DNA of 64,000 nucleotides from Clostridia bacterium (GTDB lineage Bacteria; Bacillota; Clostridia; UBA1212; DUPL01): NCBI GenBank assembly GCA_050951325.1, contig JBMNIW010000003.1, positions 288,001 to 352,000 of the forward strand, read 5' to 3'. Shown piece by piece: positions 30,361 to 40,612 of this stretch (position 1 is its first letter; each line of letters starts with the position of its first letter). The notes under the pieces were generated by a model. It saw only the letters and a program-made list of their open reading frames with translations, ran no database searches and was not told where the DNA came from. The position numbers and the translations under genes were made by a program.

Positions 30361-30894
30361 TCAACATATACCTAAAAACGCTTTAATTTCATCAAGCACA
30401 TTTTTATACCAGGGGGTGTTGTTTTCATCTTTGGTAAATTTCATCTCATGAATTTCCGTTTGATCCGTAGGAACAACATTTATTCTCACTATCTGATAAC
30501 TCTGGGGTTTTTGCATCCCCAACTCGTTGATTGCAATCTCACTAATTTCAGCCAGGTTCATCTGTCTTGCAATATTCGTTTCAAGTCTTGAGTTTTCCGC
30601 CTTGATTTCATCCAACTGGTTTTGCATTGCATTGACCTTGTAACCCAGTTCAGTTATGGATGCATATCTGAATGCAATTATCAGTCCAAGAATAATAATT
30701 ATTGAGACTTTAATAACAAGGTTCGCCTTTACCTTTGCATTGTTTCTCTTTATCTTAAGTTCTCTGAGCACGGCAAACTCAGGCGACTGCTCTATTCTCT
30801 CTTCATAATCGTAATCGAAATCGTAGCCGTAATCATAAGCATGGTCGTAATCATAATCTTCGGTATGTAGCTCCCTTGCTCCAGCACTGTTCAT
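30361..30894 (-). CDS. ftsL: FtsL-like cell division protein
   Basis: Single TM plus coiled coil, IAINELGM motif; between rsmH and the PBP gene. Confidence 0.8.
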   Translation of the reverse strand: MNSAGARELHTEDYDYDHAYDYGYDFDYDYEERIEQSPEFAVLRELKIKRNNAKVKANLVIKVSIIIILGLIIAFRYASITELGYKVNAMQNQLDEIKAENSRLETNIARQMNLAEISEIAINELGMQKPQSYQIVRINVVPTDQTEIHEMKFTKDENNTPWYKNVLDEIKAFLGIC

Positions 30895-30921
30895 AGCAAG
30901 TACCTCCGCTTTTTAAGCTTG

Positions 30922-31135
30922 TCTTTGGTAGAAATAATTTTAATAATTCATCTTTTGTATTTTTTGTTTAATTTTCTTTTGTACATTTGCTTTTTTTCTT
31001 TTGTAAATCAAGACTTCTTCTTTGGTAAAACTGAAATTTTCTTTTGTAAAACTGTAATTATCTTTTGTAAACTGTTGGTTTTCTTTTGTATGTCTGTAAG
31101 TTTCTTTCGTAAGGTTTAAAAGTTTTTCTTTTGTC
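30922..31135. repeat. Array of 10 copies of TCTTT(T/G/C)GT(A/C), mostly 21-22 bp apart
   Basis: Copies start at 30922, 30951, 30975, 30997, 31019, 31040, 31061, 31082, 31103, 31127. Confidence 0.85.
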
Positions 31136-31144
31136 ATTGTTCAT

Positions 31145-32074
31145 CTAGTTTGATTGAAATACTCTTAACTTGGCACTTTTGGCCCTTGGATTTCTCTCCA
31201 TTTCCTCCTGGGAAGGAAGTATTGGTTTTTTTGTTACCGCCTTTCCCTTTGGTTTCTTTCCACATACACAAATCGGAAAATCCGGAGGGCATGTGCAAGG
31301 GTTTTCAAAATTATTGAACTTTGTCTTTACAATTCTATCCTCCAAGGAATGGAAAGTAATTATGCAAAGTCTTCCGAATGGTGCTAGCATTTCAATGGCA
31401 TCTTCAATTGCTTTTTCAAGCACTTCCAGCTCCTTATTTACTTCAATCCTGATTGCTTGGAAGGTCTGTTTTGCAGGATGACCATCCATTCTCTGCTTTT
31501 TGGGAATCGCCTCTTTTATAACCTCCACCAGTTCAAAGGTAGTTTCAATAGGTTTTATCTTTCGTCTTTCTACAATCTTTCCCGTAATCCTTGATGCAAA
31601 CCTTTCTTCCCCATACTCCTTTATAATTCTCCTGAGCTCCGCCTCTTCGTAGCCGTTTACCACATCGTAGGCCGTCAATTCAGAATCGGCATCCATTCTC
31701 ATATCCAGTTTGGAGTCGAACCTGTAACTGAACCCTCTCTCAGGAGTATCAAACTGGTGTGAAGAAACCCCCAGATCAAACAGTATGCCATCCACCTTGG
31801 AAACTCCTAATGAATTGCAAACAGATATTAAATTTACAAAGTTCGTTTTTAAGAGTATTACGTTTTTGGCTCCTTCAAGTTTCTTCCCCGCCGCCTCGAT
31901 TGCTTTTTCATCCTGGTCAAGGCATATAAGCAATCCTTTTTCACTTAGCAACTCAAGTATTTTTTTACTATGGCCTGCACCACCCACTGTACCGTCCACA
32001 TATACTCCATCTTGCCTGATGTCAAGGTAGCGGATGGTTTCTTCGAGCAGTACGGGCGTATGCTGAAAGTCCAT
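31145..32074 (-). CDS. rsmH: 16S rRNA m4C1402 methyltransferase
   Basis: [44 protein letters not shown]. Confidence 0.97.
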   Translation of the reverse strand: MDFQHTPVLLEETIRYLDIRQDGVYVDGTVGGAGHSKKILELLSEKGLLICLDQDEKAIEAAGKKLEGAKNVILLKTNFVNLISVCNSLGVSKVDGILFDLGVSSHQFDTPERGFSYRFDSKLDMRMDADSELTAYDVVNGYEEAELRRIIKEYGEERFASRITGKIVERRKIKPIETTFELVEVIKEAIPKKQRMDGHPAKQTFQAIRIEVNKELEVLEKAIEDAIEMLAPFGRLCIITFHSLEDRIVKTKFNNFENPCTCPPDFPICVCGKKPKGKAVTKKPILPSQEEMERNPRAKSAKLRVFQSN

Positions 32075-32087
32075 AGTTACCACCTCG

Positions 32088-32519
32088 TTAGAAATCAAAT
32101 CCTATTACTGCTTCGTTGAAATCAGGACCTTCAAGATTTTCCTCAGAGTATGCATTCCATCTCTCCCTGTCCCATATTTCAATTCTATCCAGTATTCCAG
32201 TTGTTAGTATTTCTTTTTTTAGTCCTGCGTATTCACGAAGTGGTTGGGATACACAAATTCTCCCCTGTGCATCAAAATCACCTTCTTCGGCGAATGCGAG
32301 CAGAAACCTTGCCAGCTTACGGGTCTCCACGCCTGTTGACTGCATCTGCATAAGCTTCTCAGTAAGTTCCTGAAAACGCGGTTTCGGGTATATATACACA
32401 CAGCCATCCATACCCCTAGTGATAACGAACCCTGTATCACTAAGTGTGTCACGGAATTTTTGTGGTATAACAACACGCCCTTTTGCATCAATGGTGTTGA
32501 ATGTAGCACCCGTAAACAA
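32088..32519 (-). CDS. mraZ: Transcriptional regulator MraZ
   Basis: [10 protein letters not shown] and FDAQGRI repeats, RIEIW. Confidence 0.95.
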   Translation of the reverse strand: MFTGATFNTIDAKGRVVIPQKFRDTLSDTGFVITRGMDGCVYIYPKPRFQELTEKLMQMQSTGVETRKLARFLLAFAEEGDFDAQGRICVSQPLREYAGLKKEILTTGILDRIEIWDRERWNAYSEENLEGPDFNEAVIGFDF

Positions 32520-32570
32520 CCACTATGCTCCTTTCGATGCACTTGGCGGGACTTTTTTGTGATTCTTATG

Positions 32571-32604
32571 CCACTGATTGACACTAATCACCACAAATTC
32601 CCCC
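32571..32604 (-). promoter_or_regulatory. MraZ binding repeats
   Basis: Minus strand GGGG-N6-GTGG-N6-GTGT-N6-GTGG with 10-bp period upstream of mraZ. Confidence 0.75.
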
Positions 32605-32740
32605 GTCATGCATATAATACACCACTTAAAATAAAAAAACAAGCCCTTTTTTCAAAAATTTTAAATTTTTTTTGAAAAAAAAGACCTTCCAATCGAAAAA
32701 ACTCGAAAGGAAGGCCCTTGATACATATTTTATTCAATAA

Positions 32741-33880
32741 TTAGTCGTCTATAAACATGCCTTTTTTATTTCTAAGCGATATACTTAGCAATAAACCAAT
32801 TGAAAAAAAGTTTGTAACCATGGCACTGCCGCCTTTGCTGACAAAAGGAAGAGGCAGTCCGGTTATCGGCATTATGCCAATATTCATTCCAATGTTCTCA
32901 AAAATGTTAAAAGCAAACATGGCAAATATGCCCGCTGCAATACAGGAACCAAAAACATCCCTTGCCCTGTGTGATACCTGAAGCATTCTCAGAAGCATAA
33001 TTGTCATCAGCACAACAATTGCAAATCCTGCGATAAATCCGCCCTCTTCACAAATTACTGCAAATATCATGTCGGACATTTTTACCGGGATCTTTCTTCC
33101 TCTGTTCAAAGGCCCCTGCATATATCCCTTTCCAAAAAGCTGGCCTGAACCTATGGCTGTCATCGCCCTTCTTAATTGTAGTGAATAGTCCTGATACTTG
33201 TCAGGGTTCAAGAAAGATAAAAACCTGTCTCGTTTTACACCATTAAGGTAAAACTTCCATACAAAAGGCACTGCAGCAAGTCCGCCACCAATAATTATTC
33301 CAATCTGCCAAAGCTTTACGTTACCCACAAAAATCATTACCAGGAAAATGAAAATGAATACAAGCGCCATGCCGAGGTCCTTTTGCAATAATACAAGACC
33401 CAATGGAATAAAAAATCCGGCAAGTATGATTATTGCACTGTCCAAGGTCATTCCGTTTTCATTAATTCTTTCCAGGTACTTTGCAATAAGTATAATCATT
33501 GCAATCTTCATTAATTCCGATGGCTGGTACGTGGTAACGTAAAGGTCTATCCAGCTTCTGCTGCCATAGTTTTCAATACCAATAGGGGTGAAAACAAGAA
33601 GCATGACAAACAGATTGAAAACATAAAACGGGAAGCATACGTTTCTGAAAATTGTGTAATCAAAAAAACAGAAAAAGAGCGCAACGATTATGCCGAGTAT
33701 TACACCGGCAATCTGTACTGTCATTGCGCTTGCGCCATTGTCTGCATACATGTCATACATGGCACTATGTAGGAATACAAGCCCTATTGCAGTAATTATT
33801 AGTACGACACCCATCAGCAAATAGTCGAACTTCCTGAAGTAGTCTATTCTCTGACTGCGTTCAATCCCGCTAAACCTCAA
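32741..33880 (-). CDS. rodA: SEDS protein RodA
   Basis: QPSELMK, QKDLG, AIGSGQLFGKG, MPITGLPLPFVSKGGS. Confidence 0.85.
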   Translation of the reverse strand: MRFSGIERSQRIDYFRKFDYLLMGVVLIITAIGLVFLHSAMYDMYADNGASAMTVQIAGVILGIIVALFFCFFDYTIFRNVCFPFYVFNLFVMLLVFTPIGIENYGSRSWIDLYVTTYQPSELMKIAMIILIAKYLERINENGMTLDSAIIILAGFFIPLGLVLLQKDLGMALVFIFIFLVMIFVGNVKLWQIGIIIGGGLAAVPFVWKFYLNGVKRDRFLSFLNPDKYQDYSLQLRRAMTAIGSGQLFGKGYMQGPLNRGRKIPVKMSDMIFAVICEEGGFIAGFAIVVLMTIMLLRMLQVSHRARDVFGSCIAAGIFAMFAFNIFENIGMNIGIMPITGLPLPFVSKGGSAMVTNFFSIGLLLSISLRNKKGMFIDD

Positions 33881-33893
33881 TTATCTCACCTGG

Positions 33894-34880
33894 TTATTCC
33901 CGTTCAGTGTATTCATCTTGTAGTTCATAAGCCATCAGTTCAGCCTGTCTTGCAGCTTCAAGTGCTTCAGCTTCCTGCATGGTATCTTCTTCATCGGATG
34001 TTTCAATAACCTCGACTATTTTCCTTAATGAACTTTCTTCCTCAGAAGTCTCAATCATCTTCAGTTTGTGCCTTCTTCTAATATCAATCAAAAGCGTAAT
34101 ACCAAGAACAAAAATAACTATTGAGATAAGTCTTGAAACTCTGACATTGCCAAGCATCAGGCTGTCAACCCTCAACGACTCGATAATCGCTCTTGCAATT
34201 CCATATATAATCATATACAGACAGAGGATTTCTCCCTTTTCCTTCTGCCATCTCTTTCTGTAAATCATCATGAATGCAAATCCAACGAAGCAAATCAAGG
34301 ACTCATACAGAAAGGTCGGATGCACAAGCTGCTGCCTTGACAGTCCGTAGTATTCAAGCCTTTCTTTTATCAGATTTCCCGTCATGCCCCAAGGAAGATT
34401 TGTAGCTCCACCGAAAGCTTCCTGGTTGGTAAAGTTGCCCCAGCGGCCTATTGCCTGTCCAAGCATGATGTATGGTGCGGCAAAGTCAAGCACGTTCAGC
34501 ACCGACTTTTTCTTTACCTTGGAAACAATAAGCACGGTTATCACCGCAAATATGACGCCGCCGTAAATGGCAAGGCCGCCCTGCCTTATGTTGAATATTT
34601 CTTTTAGGTTGTCCTTGTACTCATCAAAAGCAAAAACCACATAGAACAATCTTGCTCCAACAATGGCTGCAGGCATTGCAAACAAGAGATAATCAAGCAA
34701 ATCGTCTTTTGAGATGTCGAAATTCTCGCAAACCCTCATTGCGAGAATAATGCTTAACAGGAAACCAAAACATATTATGATTCCGTACCATTTTATCTCA
34801 AAATTGCCAATTGCATCAAATGCAACATCATTAATGTTGAACTCTAAACCGAGTTTTGGAAATTCAATTATGTTATCCAC
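33894..34880 (-). CDS. lgt: Prolipoprotein diacylglyceryl transferase
   Basis: WYG, GARLFYV, GGLAIYGG, GRWGNFTNQE, HPTFLYES. Confidence 0.96.
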   Translation of the reverse strand: MDNIIEFPKLGLEFNINDVAFDAIGNFEIKWYGIIICFGFLLSIILAMRVCENFDISKDDLLDYLLFAMPAAIVGARLFYVVFAFDEYKDNLKEIFNIRQGGLAIYGGVIFAVITVLIVSKVKKKSVLNVLDFAAPYIMLGQAIGRWGNFTNQEAFGGATNLPWGMTGNLIKERLEYYGLSRQQLVHPTFLYESLICFVGFAFMMIYRKRWQKEKGEILCLYMIIYGIARAIIESLRVDSLMLGNVRVSRLISIVIFVLGITLLIDIRRRHKLKMIETSEEESSLRKIVEVIETSDEEDTMQEAEALEAARQAELMAYELQDEYTERE

Positions 34881-34895
34881 ACGAAACCTCCTGAA

Positions 34896-36170
34896 TCATT
34901 TAGGATTTACAATGGAGACAGCCATAGGTTTCAGGAAAACTTCCTCAAAGATATGGTAACTCTCATCAAGATTTATTGTACCATATGCGGTAAAATAGTC
35001 AAATGCATCAACACCAATAAGATATGAAGATGCAAACATTCTACCCATGGATTCCGGTGAATTGAACCTTCTCAACACACGGCCAGAAAGTGCGTTCTTA
35101 ACCATTTCAAAATACTTTTTGTCAAATCCGTTTTTCCTAATCTCTTCAATATACTGTTCAAGATATTCCCTTACCCGCTGGGGTTTTTGAGATTCTCCAC
35201 CAAGGCTGAAAAGAGCGTAATTTGCACCCGTCTCATAATCTGCATAGAAGTCATTGCTTATGACTCCTTCGTTGTATAATGTCTCGTAAAAAGTAGACAC
35301 TTTGCCAAACATCATTTCCTTTAAGATGCTGCCTGCAATCTCTCTTCTAACCCTTTCAGATCCAAAAAGCTTGACAGGATCATCCTTGAATCCAATATTG
35401 AATAGCGGCAATGACACATCCATGGTTAAAATGCTTTCAGTACCCTTCAAGGCCAGGGGCTCCTCCTTCTCAATCCTCTTTATATCCCCTTCCCTTCCAG
35501 TTTTGGGAATATGCCTGTCGACAACATCTTGAATTTCCTTCGGATCCACATCGCCAACTACTGTAACAACCATGTTTGATGGATGATAGAAGGTTTCATG
35601 GCATTTTAAAAGTATATCCGCAGTAATTTTAGAAATACTCTCAACAGACCCAGCTATGTCGTTCCTTATAGGGTTGTTGTGGTACATAAGCCTCAATAGC
35701 TCCATGGACACTATAAAGTCAGGTGCATCCAGATACATGTTTATTTCTTGGGATATAATTCCCTTTTCCTTCTCTACGCTTTCTTCAGTAATATATGGAT
35801 TCAATACAAAGTAAAGAAGGTTGCCAAAACACTCTTCAAACCTGTCTGTGCAGGTAAAGTAATAATAGGTCCAATTGAAACTGGTTGCCGCATTGGGACT
35901 TGCACCAAGAGATACAAACTTATCCAGCATATTTCCATCTTCCTGCTCAAACAGTTTGTGTTCCAGAAAATGCGCAACTCCATCGGGCACCTTTGTGACA
36001 TGATTATCCATAGGAGCAACAAACTCCGAATCAACAGACCCAAACCTTACAGCAAATATGGCAAACTTTTTATAAAATCCAGGCTTTGGTACTACCTGTA
36101 CGCGCAAACCCGACTCATGATCATACTCTATAAGTTTCTCGTCAAACTCGACTCTTGTTCTCAAATTCAT
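34896..36170 (-). CDS. M16 family zinc peptidase (YmfH-like)
   Basis: GVAHFLEHKLF, NAATS, EKEKGIISQEI. Confidence 0.92.
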   Translation of the reverse strand: MNLRTRVEFDEKLIEYDHESGLRVQVVPKPGFYKKFAIFAVRFGSVDSEFVAPMDNHVTKVPDGVAHFLEHKLFEQEDGNMLDKFVSLGASPNAATSFNWTYYYFTCTDRFEECFGNLLYFVLNPYITEESVEKEKGIISQEINMYLDAPDFIVSMELLRLMYHNNPIRNDIAGSVESISKITADILLKCHETFYHPSNMVVTVVGDVDPKEIQDVVDRHIPKTGREGDIKRIEKEEPLALKGTESILTMDVSLPLFNIGFKDDPVKLFGSERVRREIAGSILKEMMFGKVSTFYETLYNEGVISNDFYADYETGANYALFSLGGESQKPQRVREYLEQYIEEIRKNGFDKKYFEMVKNALSGRVLRRFNSPESMGRMFASSYLIGVDAFDYFTAYGTINLDESYHIFEEVFLKPMAVSIVNPK

Positions 36171-37453
36171 GATTCAATAACCTCCATATTGTTGGATGTC
36201 AAAAAATATACCGTATCAAGCTTTATTTTCTGTGCGCATCTTACAGCATCCTCCACTGTCACGTTGCTTATCTTCTCTATAAATTCGTCAAGATGCAAAA
36301 TCTCCGTATTCAGGAATGTCTGCCCTATAAAAAAGTCCATTATGGCGAACTGGGTATCCTTGAAAGAATTGAAAGCATTTTTAAACATCCTGATGGTGGA
36401 CTCATATTCGTTTTCAGTTACATTTCCGTCCTTTACTTCCTGTAATTGCTTCAGTATAAGCTCTTCCGCCTTTTCCTTGTTTGCAATCTCAATACCACTG
36501 TACGCTACCATCAGACCCTTGTATCTCTCAATTCTTGAAGCGGCGTAATATGCAAGGCTGTTCTTCTCCCTTACATTCTGAAACAGCTTGGAGTGAACAC
36601 CGGCACCAAATATTCCATTGGCAACACAAAGAGCATAAAAATCGTCACTGTCAGGATCCACATTGGTCCTGAATCCAATGGTTAGCTTGCCTTGCGTCAC
36701 GTCCATCTTTTCAACAACATCGTTTCTTTCTATGGTGCCAAATTCCCTGTATCCAAGATTCAGCTTTATCTTTTCTCCTGCAAATTCGTCCTTGAAAGAA
36801 TTCAATACTTCCATTAGGTCATCAGGCTTGTTCCTGCCGCAGAAAAATATCTTTACAGGCAGTTTCTTCAAAAAGAATTCGCTGTAATATTTGTAGAGTT
36901 CCGTTTCCGTAAGATGCTCTCCGTCTTCCACAGACCCTAATTCCTTTATGCCAAAAGGTTCATCCTTGCACATAAGCTCCTGGCAGCGGACAATTGCGTA
37001 GCTCTGTTTGTTGTTTATCAAGGACCTAATAATATTGTTATTGTTCACTCTCTCCTGCTGAAAATATTCTTTTTTAAATCCGCTACCCTCTACAACAGGA
37101 TTGCAAATAATATTGAACAATAGTTCAACCAGTTCTCTCACCAAATTCTTATAGTTCTTTGCATAAACTTCCTCCACGAAATCAGCAACGAACTGTATAA
37201 GCTGTATCTCACCCTTTTTCTCTACATTGGTGGAAAAACCCGCACCATAAAGAGACATGAGCTTTATGGAGATGTCCCTCTGGGTTGGGTGTGTTTTGCA
37301 GCCCCTCGCCAGGATTGATGGTATAAGGGCGTTTTTGTATGCCCTTTCCTTGCTCAAATTGTCGCAAAAAGTAATGTTTATGCTGCCTGTCTTGAATTTT
37401 GATGAGCGAATGTAATATACGTCTATCCCGTTAATCTCAGCTATTTTCTCCAT
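36167..37453 (-). CDS. M16 family inactive partner subunit (YmfF-like)
   Basis: KFKT, LYGA, SKLFQNVREKNSLAYY; lacks HXXEH. Confidence 0.9.
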   Translation of the reverse strand: MEKIAEINGIDVYYIRSSKFKTGSINITFCDNLSKERAYKNALIPSILARGCKTHPTQRDISIKLMSLYGAGFSTNVEKKGEIQLIQFVADFVEEVYAKNYKNLVRELVELLFNIICNPVVEGSGFKKEYFQQERVNNNNIIRSLINNKQSYAIVRCQELMCKDEPFGIKELGSVEDGEHLTETELYKYYSEFFLKKLPVKIFFCGRNKPDDLMEVLNSFKDEFAGEKIKLNLGYREFGTIERNDVVEKMDVTQGKLTIGFRTNVDPDSDDFYALCVANGIFGAGVHSKLFQNVREKNSLAYYAASRIERYKGLMVAYSGIEIANKEKAEELILKQLQEVKDGNVTENEYESTIRMFKNAFNSFKDTQFAIMDFFIGQTFLNTEILHLDEFIEKISNVTVEDAVRCAQKIKLDTVYFLTSNNMEVIES

Positions 37454-38399
37454 TAACACCATTCCTTCTGCTCGTCATTTTGAAATATTGTTTTGCATCA
37501 TCTATATCAGTTGCAATTCTAGCTCTAAGCTCGTCCACGCTGTTAAACACCATTTCATCCCGCAGTTTTTTATAAAAAAAGACTTCGATGTTCTGACCAT
37601 ATAATTTATCTTCGTAATCAAAAATATGCGTCTCTATTGTAGTAAGCTTGCATCCAAAGGTTGGATTGTTCCCTATATTCGTTATGCTTTCGTACATAAC
37701 ATCACCGAGTTTAGTTTTTGTGGCATAAACACCTGCACTTGGCAGAGCGTACCCTTCTCTTGGCAGAATATTTGCAGTAGGAAAACCAATTTTCGAGCCA
37801 ACCTTCCTGCCCACTGTAACTTCTCCGGGAATTGAATATTGCCTGTTTGTCATACTTGTATACTTCTCCATGTCTCCCAAGGAAATAAGTTTTCGTAGAA
37901 AAGTACTGGAAACTGCAGTGCCTTCAACTTCCACCGGCGGCACAATAACTGTTTTAAAATTGAACTCTTTTCCGAGTTCAATTAAATCATTTGCTTTTCC
38001 TAATCCTTTTATTCCAAAAGTATAGTCGTAACCCACAACCAACAATTTGGCATTGAATTCTCCAACCAGAATATTTTTTACAAAATCATACGGTTTTATT
38101 TTGGAAAATTCTTCAGTAAACTCTTCGAAATATAAAATATCAATATTATGTTTTTCCAGTATGGATGCTTTTTGTTCGTTTGAAAGAATGATAGGGGTTT
38201 TTTTGTCCTTTTTAAGAATGTTTTCGGGATGTCTTCTGAAAGTATAAATAACGGACGGGATCCCTAATTTTCCACACTCTTCTGACAGCACGTCAATAAT
38301 TCTGGCATGACCCAAATGTATTCCGTCAAAATTACCAAGACCCAGTCCGTATGAATTTTCAGGGATTCTTGTGTTTGATAATCTGTACAGTACTTCCAT
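37437..38399 (-). CDS. ribF: Riboflavin kinase / FAD synthetase
   Basis: GNFDGIHLGH, VSST, GFPTAN, GVY, ETHI. Confidence 0.96.
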   Translation of the reverse strand: MEVLYRLSNTRIPENSYGLGLGNFDGIHLGHARIIDVLSEECGKLGIPSVIYTFRRHPENILKKDKKTPIILSNEQKASILEKHNIDILYFEEFTEEFSKIKPYDFVKNILVGEFNAKLLVVGYDYTFGIKGLGKANDLIELGKEFNFKTVIVPPVEVEGTAVSSTFLRKLISLGDMEKYTSMTNRQYSIPGEVTVGRKVGSKIGFPTANILPREGYALPSAGVYATKTKLGDVMYESITNIGNNPTFGCKLTTIETHIFDYEDKLYGQNIEVFFYKKLRDEMVFNSVDELRARIATDIDDAKQYFKMTSRRNGVNGENS

Positions 38400-38409
38400 T
38401 ACTCTTCCC

Positions 38410-39276
38410 CTATTCACCAAAATATTTCCATGGCTTTAATACAGTATTTCCATCTTTCGTTTTCTCGTTTCTTGCTAGAGCCAATAGTTCACCCTTATGA
38501 TAAACTCTTATGCCCTCTTCTTCAAAAATTCCATTAATCAAAACACTTCTGCCATTCAAATAATCGACTTTCTGCTTGTCATTTATCTTAACGGAAGGAA
38601 AGTGTTTAAGCACCAGGTCTACAGGATGAGCATACTCCATATAATTCTCATTAATATTTTCAAGCCTGACAGCATCTTTATAATCAAACATGCCGTAATG
38701 GGTACGAATAAGAGAATACATGCATGCAGCGCTGTTTAAAGCAACCCCTATATCCCTGCACAAGGACCTAATGTAGGTACCTTTGGAACAGTTCACATGA
38801 ATTCTTGCAATGTTTCTTTCAAAAGCCAAAATGTCTATTGAATAAATCTCAATATCCCTTGCTTTAGGTTCCACTGCTTTACCCTTCCTTGCCAGCTTGT
38901 ACATGGGAACTCCATCAACTTTTATTGCAGAGTATACCGGCGGAATCTGTTTCTGATGGCCAAGAAAGCTTTTTATGACCTCCAATAGCGCTTCATCTGT
39001 TATATGTGAGTACTCCTCTTCCCTAACAACCTCGCCCCATATGTCGCAGGTATCCGTCTCCTTGCCAAACAGAATTTCACATTCATAGCCTTTGTCAAAA
39101 TCCAAAAAAAACTCGTTTACCCTGGTGGACTTGTCAAGCATGACTGGAAGAACACCTTCCGCATTCGGGTCCAATGTGCCTGCATGTCCAGCTTTTTTAG
39201 CCTTTGTTCTTCTCCTTACTTCACTCACGCATTGGAAGGACGATATTCCCTTTGGCTTGTAGACATTAAGTATCAT
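38410..39276 (-). CDS. truB: tRNA pseudouridine-55 synthase
   Basis: KPKGISS, GHAGTLDP, PPVYSAIK, CSKGTYIRSL. Confidence 0.97.
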   Translation of the reverse strand: MILNVYKPKGISSFQCVSEVRRRTKAKKAGHAGTLDPNAEGVLPVMLDKSTRVNEFFLDFDKGYECEILFGKETDTCDIWGEVVREEEYSHITDEALLEVIKSFLGHQKQIPPVYSAIKVDGVPMYKLARKGKAVEPKARDIEIYSIDILAFERNIARIHVNCSKGTYIRSLCRDIGVALNSAACMYSLIRTHYGMFDYKDAVRLENINENYMEYAHPVDLVLKHFPSVKINDKQKVDYLNGRSVLINGIFEEEGIRVYHKGELLALARNEKTKDGNTVLKPWKYFGE

Positions 39277-40243
39277 TGAGAGTTCTTCCCAACCTTTCCA
39301 AAAGCATTTTCTTCATTGATTGTTCGTCTCCATAATATGTGAAACCTGCTGCTCTTTTATGCCCTCCTCCATTAAAGGAAGCGGCAATTTCCGCCACATC
39401 AACTATCTCATTCGATCTAAGACTTGCTTTTAATTCGTCTTCCTTATCTCCCTGCCTTATGAACACAGAGGTATCCACGCCTTCTATCTCTCTTAAATAC
39501 GTGGCAAGCCCTTCACTGTCTTCCATGATGGCTCCCGCCTTTTCAAAATCCTCTTTTGCAAGGTATGCATAAACAACCCTTTCATTAAAAAAGAACTCCA
39601 TCTTCGAGACCGCAATATTATACAGTTTTATCATTCCTTTTGATTTCTCCTGGAAAATCCTGCTTATGTAAGACAGATCTCCCAGCTTGGATAGAATCTT
39701 TGCTGTTATTAAATGCACTCTTTCATCCGTGTTTGAATGCTTGAATCCGCCCGTGTCGGTATAAATCCCTGTATAGATTCTAATTGCTGCCTCATCCGAT
39801 ATCTCACCAACGAGTTCAGTCAAAAGCTCCCATATGGCGACACATGTGGCAGCCCACTTTGTATCTACAAAATTGTAATCTCCAAAGTCATCCTTGGAGA
39901 TGTGATGGTCAATTTTCATGGTAACAGCAGCACTTTTAAACAATTCAGCTCTTTTTCCAAGCCTCTTCATATCGCCACTGTCAACAGCAATACTCAAGTC
40001 AAACCTGCGTGTTTCCATGCCCACTTCATACACAACAGTGTCAATGCCTTTGGAGGAAAGGAACACCAGCTTTTTCTGCATCTCCTCATCCAAAAACACG
40101 CAAGTCTCCTTGCCCAGTCTTTTTAGCTCTATTGCCAATGCAAAAGCAGAACCCAAAGCATCGCCATCCGCATCATAATGCGTAAATATGGAAATGCTTC
40201 GGGCTTTGTTTATAACCTCAACAGCTTTGGACCAGCTATTCAT
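39266..40243 (-). CDS. nrnA: DHH-family oligoribonuclease / pAp phosphatase
   Basis: DGDALGS, IDHH, TDTGGF, GGGHKRAAG. Confidence 0.9.
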   Translation of the reverse strand: MNSWSKAVEVINKARSISIFTHYDADGDALGSAFALAIELKRLGKETCVFLDEEMQKKLVFLSSKGIDTVVYEVGMETRRFDLSIAVDSGDMKRLGKRAELFKSAAVTMKIDHHISKDDFGDYNFVDTKWAATCVAIWELLTELVGEISDEAAIRIYTGIYTDTGGFKHSNTDERVHLITAKILSKLGDLSYISRIFQEKSKGMIKLYNIAVSKMEFFFNERVVYAYLAKEDFEKAGAIMEDSEGLATYLREIEGVDTSVFIRQGDKEDELKASLRSNEIVDVAEIAASFNGGGHKRAAGFTYYGDEQSMKKMLLERLGRTLNDT

Positions 40244-40610
40244 CGCTGCCTCCGTCATCCCTCTCTTCCTTTGGAACAACCTTGTCTATGAGTTCGGACA
40301 TGTATGCTCCGTACTCAATAGACTCGTCCAGCTTGAAGTCAAGCTCTGGAAGAGCACGTATTATCATACGCCTTCCTATCTCTCTTCTTATATACCCGGC
40401 GCTTTTTTTCAATGCAAGCATGCAGGAAGCCTTGTCTGCCTCGCTGCCGTATATGCTTACATAAACCTTTGCATGCTTTAGATCTTTTGTAAGATCCACT
40501 TTCGTCACGGAGGTCATTTGAGGTATTCTAGGATCTTTGAGATCATACATAAGAATATCGGAAATGACCTTTTTCATTTCATTTGCAATCCTAACAGTTC
40601 TTCCGTCCAT
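40236..40610 (-). CDS. rbfA: Ribosome-binding factor A
   Basis: KDPRI, DLKHAKVYVS, PELDFKLD. Confidence 0.95.
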   Translation of the reverse strand: MDGRTVRIANEMKKVISDILMYDLKDPRIPQMTSVTKVDLTKDLKHAKVYVSIYGSEADKASCMLALKKSAGYIRREIGRRMIIRALPELDFKLDESIEYGAYMSELIDKVVPKEERDDGGSDE

Positions 40611-40612
40611 TT

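Noticed and set aside
30922-31135. CRISPR array
   Set aside because: A 9-bp repeat with 12-20 bp spacers is far too short, and there are no cas genes.
30940-31137. 65-aa TKE-repeat ORF as a real gene
   Set aside because: The motif leaves the frame midway and continues past the stop; no clear RBS. Better explained as a by-product of the DNA array.
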